A stretch of DNA of 57,660 nt, filler included, from Basidiobolus ranarum (Eukaryota): assembly GCA_040143965.1 (NCBI GenBank). It is 6 parts of 6 records of this genome, joined end to end, with 100 filler letters (N's around TTAATTAATTAA, not from the genome) between each part and the next. Parts side by side here need not be neighbours in the genome. Positions count along the whole stretch, not along the records: positions 19,280 to 28,808 come from JASJQH010007688.1; positions 28,909 to 38,431 come from JASJQH010007689.1; 4 more parts are not named here. One strand, written 5' to 3'. The position numbers and the translations under genes were made by a program. This document shows positions 25,355-33,912 of this stretch, one piece after another; position 1 is the first letter of the stretch; each line of letters opens with the position of its first letter. The notes under the pieces were generated by a model. The model saw only the letters and a program-made list of their open reading frames with translations, searched no databases and had not been told where the DNA came from.

Positions 25355-27562
25355 TCAAGACACTTGGAATGGTTCCCGACTTGGAATAGGAGAAAGGATG
25401 CTCGGATACTCGGATTGTACCAAATCAATGATCTCTCGAGTATCTTGTGGGCGATGCTTGATCTGGTTCAGAAGTGTTTGTAAGGATTTCGAGCTAGGTT
25501 TGATCCCGCATTCCTTCAACTCCGTCGTAAACACACGCTTGGCTTCATTGAATGATTCAAACTTACACAGAGCCTCAATGTAAGAGTTGAAGTTATTTTC
25601 GCTTAGTGGAAATCGGGCATCCTTTAAGTTGGACCAGGTGATCTTCAATGCTTCAAGATCACCGTTGACTCCACACGAGTCTAGTAAAATAGAGACATGG
25701 GCGGAAAGTTGTTTCGTGGGAAACGTTTTCCTAGCAATGTTCCATAATTCCAATATTTTTGCTTTATCTCCAACGAAGCTATGGAAATTCATCAACACTC
25801 CATATGTAATCGCATCGGGTACGAGACGTTGATCTATTAACTCGTGGTAGAAAGGTAGGACTTGCTCTAGCTTGAAGTTCACGAGACACCCATGCATTAT
25901 TATGTTATATGTACTAGTAATCAGCGGAATCTTGCTTTCTTTCATCTGTTCAAACATACCAACTGCTCTGTCAAAGCTAGAGCTTTTCATATAACCATCA
26001 ATCAGACAGTTATATGTAAGGGTGTTTGGTCGGAGACCAACAGTTTTCATCTCCTCAAATAGTGAAATGGCTTTGTCCATATTGGACTGCTTGCCAAAGC
26101 CATTTATCAAGGTAGTATATGTTTTCACATTAGGTGCTACTTGATATGGCTTCATAGACTCAAAGAGGTTCTGCGCTTGATCGAGGTCTCCAACTTTAGC
26201 GTAGCCATCGATAAGTGTTGTAAAAGTAACAACATCTGGCGTAAGGTTTCGGCTTAGAATCTCTTCAAATGTTTTGCTTGCCTCTTGCATTTCTTGTGAA
26301 TTGGAGAAGGCATAAATAAGGGAGTTAAGAATCGCAGTATCTGGCACAAGTTTTCGTGAAAGCATGTGTTGATATAACTCGAGTGAATGTTGAACGTCCG
26401 AGTTTTTAGCAAATGCGCTGATAAGAATGCTGTAGGTTATTTCGTTCGGAAGAATATCTTCCGCTAGCATACGTTTGTAGTAACTCATTGCCCTACTCAG
26501 ATCCTGATTCAGAGCAAAGCCCTGGATCAATGTGGAGTAGGTGACGACGTTGGGGGTGATTCCGCGTTCAAGCATTTCTTCAAACAGTGCTACTGCTTCA
26601 TCTAAACGAGATTTTCGTCCATATCCTTTGATAAGAATAGAATATGTCCATATGTTTGGTGAGTGTCCAAAATGGATCATATCATTATAGGCATCTCTTG
26701 CCTGCTCTAGTTTCCCCTGGTTGATCAATAAATTAATGAATACCGAGAAAGAAGTGACGTCCGGGACAATATCTTGCTCCATCATCTCTTTGTATATTTC
26801 TTGAGCCTGGCTACTGTTTGAGCTTCTAGCACAGGAATTCAGCATTAAAGAGTAAGTCTCATCGTTTGGTGATATTTGGAACTTCTTCATGTCAAAATAT
26901 ACACTCGAAACTTGGTTGAATTGTTGGTGCTTGCTTAACATTTTCATGACGGCATTATAAGCATAAGTGTTTGGTATGATGTCTTGTTGAAGCAACATCT
27001 GGTACAGTTGATACGTTGGTAATGGAGAGCTTCGCTTGAGGTTTACTATAAGTTCAATGTATAGATCTGGAGTGAGCTTAAGCCCCTTTTGAAGCATTCT
27101 TTGTAATATTTCCTCGACACATTTTACATTGCCACTTTTTGCATGATATAAAACCAAGGTACTATACTCTGTAATAGAAATCAATTCTACATCGTTTCGC
27201 TCGATATAAGTAATTATCCGTCGACATCGTTCAACTGTATTCGGATCCCTTCCTTTTTCAATTAAACGTAGTAGAAGAGTGATCTGTTTAGAAGGTAAGA
27301 TCTTCACCTGACCATGCTCGTAGAATTCACTAAATATTTTCCAGGCTTTAACTGAGTCGCGACGACGTATAGCTGCATCAAAATTGGGAGTTTGTGGTGA
27401 TTTGGAAGCCAGTTTGTTGTATCCGGAAGTCAACCGAACCTGGTTTCTCGAAACCAACAGTAATGGTGGTAAGGGTCGGAGTAAACGTTGGCCTTGGAGG
27501 TTTCTCTGAACTAGAGTAAAGATGCCACGCCCCAAAGCCGGCACTCGCCCAAGCTGGGACAT
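25355..27562 (-). CDS. Pentatricopeptide-repeat (P-class PPR) protein, probably mitochondrial
   Basis: 735-aa ORF with tandem 35-aa repeats (PNVVTYSTLIQGFA, PDVVTFTTLIDGYAK...); Arg/Leu-rich acid-free N-terminus. Confidence 0.95.
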   Translation of the reverse strand: MSQLGRVPALGRGIFTLVQRNLQGQRLLRPLPPLLLVSRNQVRLTSGYNKLASKSPQTPNFDAAIRRRDSVKAWKIFSEFYEHGQVKILPSKQITLLLRLIEKGRDPNTVERCRRIITYIERNDVELISITEYSTLVLYHAKSGNVKCVEEILQRMLQKGLKLTPDLYIELIVNLKRSSPLPTYQLYQMLLQQDIIPNTYAYNAVMKMLSKHQQFNQVSSVYFDMKKFQISPNDETYSLMLNSCARSSNSSQAQEIYKEMMEQDIVPDVTSFSVFINLLINQGKLEQARDAYNDMIHFGHSPNIWTYSILIKGYGRKSRLDEAVALFEEMLERGITPNVVTYSTLIQGFALNQDLSRAMSYYKRMLAEDILPNEITYSILISAFAKNSDVQHSLELYQHMLSRKLVPDTAILNSLIYAFSNSQEMQEASKTFEEILSRNLTPDVVTFTTLIDGYAKVGDLDQAQNLFESMKPYQVAPNVKTYTTLINGFGKQSNMDKAISLFEEMKTVGLRPNTLTYNCLIDGYMKSSSFDRAVGMFEQMKESKIPLITSTYNIIMHGCLVNFKLEQVLPFYHELIDQRLVPDAITYGVLMNFHSFVGDKAKILELWNIARKTFPTKQLSAHVSILLDSCGVNGDLEALKITWSNLKDARFPLSENNFNSYIEALCKFESFNEAKRVFTTELKECGIKPSSKSLQTLLNQIKHRPQDTREIIDLVQSEYPSILSPIPSREPFQVS

Positions 27563-27785
27563 GGTTGTTAGTAGCTACCAAGGAGGTAAATTTTTCGGTT
27601 TTGTTTGGGGTGAGCACCACTAGACTATTATCCTGAAATCGCCGTCAAATAGCTCGGTAGAGTTGCATGAACAAAATTTGATTCATAGAAAATTTCCAAG
27701 TGTTTGGGAAAACAATGTATGATTTAAAATCAACTATTTAAAAGTGATTGGGGATATACTGTATCTTGGATTAGTGTAGCGGTAA

Positions 27786-28808
27786 CTACAAAGGATGGGT
27801 TGGTTTTTTAGCGGGTCGACTACTACTAACTAATGAGACCCCCTTTCTTTTAGAACTTGTGGAGGGAGCTGCCTTCAGTCTGCAAAATCGCTCTGGTCTT
27901 TTGCCGTTTTCACGCATCCCAAAAAGAATATTCGTTTTTTTGGCTTGCATATAAAAAGCTTTTACCTTAAAAGGCCATGGCATGTTACAGTGGGATTCTT
28001 TTCTCTTTTAAAAGGTCTCAGGTCCTGTACTTCTTTGAATATTTCAAGCTCGCCGTTTCCACAGACAGGACACAAGCTAGAAGCTTTGAACTCATCAAGG
28101 AGGTATACCTGGAAGCCCTCTTTTGCTAGCATTCTTATTCTAATGCCTCTAATGGGCTCATGAAACTTCACATTTCCGACAGTCCAGTTGCCGATTATTA
28201 TCACAGCATCATCGCCGAACTTTTTCTGAAGATTCCTGGCTAGTCGTTTGTCTGATTGCTGTCGATTTATAAAGCTTGAAAGTTTCATTTTTCGGAATGG
28301 CAGCAAATTACTTTCTCGGTTTTCTGCAGCAGGGACATCTTCGTTTGAATAATACTTTTTCAGGACCAGCGTGGCTTTGGCTCTCTCCTGGAGGTACTTG
28401 ACAAACTTTTCTCCATTGACTGTTGAAGATTTATGATCCGACAATGATAACTCGGCAGCTACAACTTCATCAGGCTTCAAGTTCTCACGGAGTTTCTTGA
28501 ATTTTCTGGATTTGGTTTCAATAGCTCTTTGATTGCTAGTGTATCGGTATGTCCTTTTCTTTTCTACAGTACTTTCTTCGTGCATGCAGTAGAGCATGTC
28601 GCGTCGACCAGGATCGATCAACACACACTTGCCGACACCAGCCAAGAGTTCTTCTTTTTCCAACTTATCAACATACTGAAATTCTTCGACTTCTTTTTTT
28701 TTCTACTAGCACCACCACTACTACCTTTCTTCGTATCATAGTTTTGCTTCAACACAGACACACCAACACCATCAGTAAGCAACATGCCCCTAAACTTCAT
28801 TGCATTCC
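27786..28808 (-). pseudogene. Fanzor1 (eukaryotic TnpB-like RuvC nuclease), C-terminal half; frameshifted, RuvC-III segment missing, 5' end cut by contig edge
   Basis: FRGMLLTDGVGVSVLKQ; CVLIDPGRRDMLYC (RuvC-I); FRKMKLSSFINRQQSD; VIIIGNW; LLDEFKASSLCPVC (shifted RuvC-II Glu plus CxxC); VTCHGLLR; C-terminal ILFGMRENGKRPERFCR. Confidence 0.88.
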
Positions 28809-28908
28809 NNNNNNNNNNNNNNNNNNNNNNNNNNNNNNNNNNNNNNNNNNNNTTAATTAATTAANNNNNNNNNNNNNNNNNNNNNNNNNNNNNNNNNNNN
28901 NNNNNNNN
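28809..28908. other. Artificial contig spacer
   Basis: N44-TTAATTAATTAA-N44. Confidence 0.98.
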
Positions 28909-29594
28909 CATATTGGATAAAGTATTCTAAAATTTATGCGGCACAATTTGGCACTATCCATCACCCTCTGGCATGATCAATTTAAATCACATTTACTCTA
29001 ATATATTGATCCAAGGTCCGATAAATCCTGGCACAATGGAACAAGTCTTGTGTCTTAGACTCTACTTACTTAAATTTTCTACTTGGCATTATTCATACCA
29101 ATACACCAGAACTTTACACTTTAATTAAGAAACTACAAAAGTAGTTATGGCTTCTTTGTTTTGTTTGAAATAAAGATTTCACCTGTTGGTGACTGTCTCC
29201 CCCCTAATAAACTTGTGTTGGATAGGAGCTAATCCTTGGCTATAGAGTACTTTCTAATAATATTCAGGAGAATATATCAAAGAAACTAGATATTTTGATG
29301 TTGACACATTATTGTCCAGGTGGTAAATGTGTAAAATTTGGGTTTATATTTTTCGCACATGAATTGACCCATAGTTTTCTGATATTGCAGACAACCATAT
29401 GCAACTTTTTTGAAAGATCTTTATATGTTGCAGCAGAAATTGTAAAAATAATTAATATCAAATACTACTTGGTGATTTTATGATGGTAAGTAAATGGTCA
29501 ACCTAAAATGTATTAAAATTGATCTGATAGGATAATCAGATGCAAATAAGGGAAGAGATATTGAAAACAGGAGATCTCCTGCAGGATGCTGTAA

Positions 29595-29762
29595 CTTTGC
29601 ACATATGTTCCTGGGACCTTTGTTAGCACATTTTATACATTATTTGCTTACATCCTGACAAAACTATAAGTGTTAATTTTCTACTTAATCAATTAAAAGT
29701 GAAAATCACCAATTTCTCTCATTCTCCAAACCACTTCCAACAGGCTCCCCAATAATTTAATA
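29595..29762 (+). mobile_element. Partial Copia LTR (3' half)
   Basis: Matches ~49865-50037 (tttgcacatatgttcctgggacc...cttccaacaggctccc). Confidence 0.8.
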
Positions 29763-30146
29763 AGAACTTCACTCTTCACTAAACTTTGATATTCAATGTA
29801 TATAGAATTTTGCAAACTCTAAGGTTTTTAACTAACCTCAGTATTTCTGTACTTGTTTATTTCTATATATTTTAACTTCAACATATATTGTTGACATCTT
29901 ATGCTAAATTGGGAGGTTTATTTCATAATTGCTTATTTACTTGTTAAATAAATTTTACACCCTGTGGTGTTTATCATCCCCCCTAAACCCTAACTCACAA
30001 TAATCACTACCAAATCAAATCAGCATCAAATATGCTCTCCTTAAGCACAATTAATTTGGAATGCCCAATAGAGAATCTAAAAACTGACACTGACCAAAAG
30101 AGTAGCATAGGCTCATGGGTGGTAGGGCTATTAGGTAGGATAAGTC

Positions 30147-30888
30147 CACACTTACCGTGTGCACCCTTACCGGAAAAGTATACCAGTATAAGCAGCAGAA
30201 AAATTGCACCTTACCAGAAAGATGATAACCATAAGTCGATTTTGATCAATCAAATCGCTATGATTCTGCACTCTTACCAAAAGAGCAGTATGGCATAAGT
30301 GGTAACATCGCTTCCACCACGATTCTTTCCAGAATTATCAGTGCCGTCTCCATTATTGCCGTTTCCGTTGCAATTATCTCATCCATTACCAAAGCTACCG
30401 CTACCGTCGCCGTTTTCATCACTACCCTCTCCAGCATCATATGTACCAGCTCCGGTGTCGCCGTTTCTATTGTAATTGCCCTCCATTTCCAACCGTAGTC
30501 TTATCCTGGAGAGTATGGTCAAGCTGGAAGAAGGTCCAACCGCTCTCAGAAGCACAGTATTTCTGGTAGAACAGGGTGCTCTTAGTTAGCCTTGTTGCCC
30601 CGGTATATCAATAAATGAACCTTATATGAGTAATAAGAATGGTTCTAGCAAAAGTGTGCTCTAACCGTAGGCACTCTTACTGGAATGAGCCTATTACTAA
30701 CCCACTTTGATGATGAAATACTCTCATTTTGCACTCTTACTGAAAGAGTATCATGGGCTAATAGGTAGTATAAGCAGTAGGTAATGTGTACTCTTACGGG
30801 AATTATCATAACCCAACCCATTTTGGCCAATCAAATCGACAGATGCCGCACTCTTACCTAAAGAGCAGCATGACACAAGTGGTAGCAT
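30147..30888 (+). repeat. Dispersed degenerate repeat with GCACTCTTAC core (~7 copies), some forming CTCTT/AAGAG-type hairpins
   Basis: Copies near 30161, 30205, 30268, 30671, 30731, 30788, 30848; 30268-30308 and 30848-30888 are near-duplicates. Confidence 0.7.
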
Positions 30889-30960
30889 TTATTTCCATCT
30901 TAGCCACATTCGTACCACTACTGCTACAAACCTCAGCTTCTGCTGGAACCAGATTAGCTT
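30883..30960 (-). pseudogene. Relic of Cys-rich peptide gene (copy A)
   Basis: Encodes ANLVPAEAEVCSSSGTNVA fused to gatggaaataaatgc (DGNKC segment); the first CCxWxxC module is deleted. Confidence 0.75.
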
Positions 30961-31035
30961 ATTTATATTGCACTTGGTGGAGTGCAACACCAATTGCCAC
31001 ATTAACACAAGTAATTTTGGTTCAAATATGTTTAT

Positions 31036-31269
31036 TTATTTGATATAAATAGAGAAAAGTTCTTTAAAAGAATTCAAAAAGTTGCAAGCACTCCACATGC
31101 AGCATTTACTTCCATCTGAGTCACAGCCCCACCACTGACAGCAGCCACGAGCTTCGATAGTACCACTGCGGATACGAATTCCAACTTCTGCTGGAACTGG
31201 ATTAGCATCAACGGTCAAGGTGGCCAAGGCAAAGACTATTATGGGAAGGGCAGCGACAGAGTGTTTCAT
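31036..31269 (-). CDS. Secreted Cys-rich prepropeptide (copy B) with C-terminal extension
   Basis: Signal-like MKHSVAALPIIVFALATLTVDA, pro-region ending IEAR, core GCCQWWGCDSDGSKCCMWSACN; TATA-like element at 31327-31337. Confidence 0.85.
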   Translation of the reverse strand: MKHSVAALPIIVFALATLTVDANPVPAEVGIRIRSGTIEARGCCQWWGCDSDGSKCCMWSACNFLNSFKELFSIYIK

Positions 31270-31439
31270 TGTGCCAACAGTAGAGGTAGAGAAGAGATAA
31301 ATTTAAAGAACATGAGACCGACCCGACTTTATATATAACTTTCGAAGATGGCCACCCTTACGCTTCAAGCTACTGGTGTGATTTAGTTGATGCATATTAC
31401 ACAAGCAACGTTTCACGTTTAAGCTCAAGTTCACAGTGA

Positions 31440-31880
31440 GTGGAAGATGCATATATATGAGATATTAATTGGTGAATGGAGGTTAATAGTAACAACGCCT
31501 GAATTTTAGATTATGAGAGTAAGCAATATCCCATGTTACATAGAATAGTATGCTTCAACCTAACTGATGATGATACCCGAGAATATGTAACAAAAGTGTA
31601 TGTAATAACGATTTACTTTTAAATTCCACCGCTAATGTAACAATACCTTTCAGCCATTACTAGGAATCATCTACCGGTTGCAATGTACAGATGACCATAT
31701 ACTGGTGGACATACTGTTTGCCAAGAGATTGAGTGGATACGCATCGTATGCAAATATCAGATATGGATCGTGTGTGAATGTTAGCATTACTTCATCAATC
31801 CTTACTTAGATAATATACTCTTGCTGTTATTGATTAGGTTCAACCGTCATTGGATAGGTGATAGTCGTAGAGTGGCATAT
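31440..31880 (+). repeat. Upstream duplication block, paralogous to ~34190-34580
   Basis: gtggaagatgcatatatatgagatattaattgg...cccatgttacatagaatagta...ggaatcatctac...gatcgtgtgtgaat found in both. Confidence 0.85.
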
Positions 31881-32282
31881 ATATGGAATATTACTCCTTG
31901 GTAGTAAGAGTTTTGCTCTAATTCATTCATCTCGGCATATGTACTTTGAGTAACTACTAATCATGCTTTGACTCTCTAGCATAGACTTTACGATGTCCAT
32001 CAATCTACCTACTAAAACTAGTACCCCAGCTCAAGGCTGGAATTGTGTCATTTGTGGTGGTGATGAGCTATATTTCCAGTAGCAGCTAGATAGCGAACAA
32101 CAATAAATATGCGGCTTCTAATCTGAAAAGCTCGGATGAGAAAGACACAGAACTGCACTTGATGGAAAATCCCAGCAGAACATCTTGCACTGAACTTCGT
32201 AAATTTAGAAATACCTATTCCTATTATGCATTCCTATGGATTTTGGTTCAAAGCAAGTATTCTTGGAGCACTTCTGGTACTT

Positions 32283-32570
32283 AGCGGTCAAGGTAACCAT
32301 AGCGAATGCAATTTTTCAAAAGGCAGAGATAGAAAAGAGATATTTTTGATGTACTTCAAACATATGCAACCAATTCTTTTATAGATAGTATGGATACTGC
32401 CACTAATTTTTAGGTTTTATTGGATGCTGTGCTACGATGAAACAATTTTGTGATTGAGCTTGGCTGGGCGCTGTGCCTGAGAAAATTTCACTTCGTTGAT
32501 GATTCAGGAAAGTGGAAGGCTCATAATCAGGTCTTAGGTATTTCAAATATGCTGCAACTAACATAACTTT
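32283..32570 (-). pseudogene. Relic of Cys-rich peptide gene 5' end and promoter (copy C)
   Basis: gcggtcaaggtaaccatagcgaatg and caaaaggcagag match copy D; upstream sequence matches the promoters of copies D and E. Confidence 0.7.
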
Positions 32571-33006
32571 ATATTTATAGTTAAGCTACCATATATATAT
32601 ACTCACAGCTTTACTTACTCCAGTTTAATTATTCACTAATTCTCTGCTTTTTGTGCAAGAAAATGGAATTTAATCTATGATATGGCCAACATAATTCTGG
32701 CAGTACTGAACGCAACTCTATAAAAATACGATTACTGATTCTGAAATATCATGCTTCAAGCAGCAATAACGACTATTATCACATGTTTGATTGGTCTTGA
32801 TGGCGTTGAGTCATTAACATGTCCATAATTATTAGCTCTGTATCCATAAAGATAGACGTGAGGCATAATATACTTAGATAGCACTCTTCAAATAATTTTA
32901 GTCGATAACAACGTTAGTTGCCACATGCACACAAATGCTTTGTGATACATAATTGTTTATTCATTCAATACGAGCAGATAAATTTTGCGTAGAGTACCTT
33001 AATCCC

Positions 33007-33197
33007 TTAGTTACAAGCACTCCACATGCAGCATTTACTTCCTTCTGAGCGACAGCCCCACCACTGACAGCAGCCACGAGCCTCAATAATGCCACTGCTG
33101 CTACTGACTTCAGCTTCTGCTGGAACTGGATTAGCCTCTGCGGTCAAGGTAACCATAGCGATGTAGCTAGGAGGAGAGCAACGACGGAGAGTTTCAT
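33007..33197 (-). pseudogene. Cys-rich prepropeptide (copy D), 1-nt deletion in the signal peptide
   Basis: ATG at 33197 (MKLSVVALLLAT...), span 191 nt; core GCCQWWGCRSEGSKCCMWSACN* lies in another frame; relic C keeps the missing T (ATTCGCT). Confidence 0.8.
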
Positions 33198-33723
33198 CTT
33201 TACAAAGGCAGAGGTAAAAACATATATTTTTTATAAATACAAAACCTACGTAGCCCAATCTTTTATTCGAATTTTGAAAGATATCATCGATTTTTGGGGT
33301 TAGGCTATGTTGGATGATGTGCTAAGAGAAGAATTGACAAGTCACATAATATGAAAGCTCGTCAACTGATTTTCGTCATTGCAAGCCTGCAGTAGCTAAT
33401 ACATTTCTTTTTCTCACTGTATGAACTTGGGAATACAGACTCACCAATATGTATTTTGGGCTTAGTATTTAGCCACCAATGGGCCAAAGAGTGTAACTTT
33501 GGAACATCTAAAACTTGCCATGTGACTTTGGCAGTTATATTTCATATTCACATTCACCCGGTCATCTAATACCTAGGTGTATCAAGCTAACGAGAGTATT
33601 TTGTCTTAGTTTGTTTAGTACTTTATTAGCATTGCCTCTTATTTCTCTGCACTTGGATTAGTTAAGAGTTTATTCATTTGAGATTGGCAGAAAAACTCGA
33701 CTTCAAAAAATTTCATTTGTTGG

Positions 33724-33912
33724 TTAGCAAATACCCCACATGCAGCATTTATTTCCATCTGAGCCGCATCCGTACCACTGACAGCAGCCACGAGCCTCAA
33801 TAGTATCACTGCTTTTACTGATTTCAGCTTCCTCTGGGACTGGATTGGCCTCAACGGTTAAGATACCCAAAGAGAATACGCTTAGGAGGAGAGCAACGGT
33901 GGAGAGTTTCAT
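33724..33912 (-). CDS. Secreted Cys-rich prepropeptide (copy E), intact
   Basis: MKLSTVALLLSVFSLGILTVEA-NPVPEEAEISKSSDTIEAR-GCCQWYGCGSDGNKCCMWGIC*; TATATAAAG at 33979-33987. Confidence 0.9.
   Translation of the reverse strand: MKLSTVALLLSVFSLGILTVEANPVPEEAEISKSSDTIEARGCCQWYGCGSDGNKCCMWGIC

Noticed and set aside
30147-30888. CRISPR array
   Set aside because: Repeats are short, degenerate and irregularly spaced, with no cas genes, in a eukaryotic context
33007-33258. 83-aa ORF as the true peptide precursor
   Set aside because: Its N-terminus is 5' UTR read out of frame; the homologous ATG is at 33197 with a frameshift
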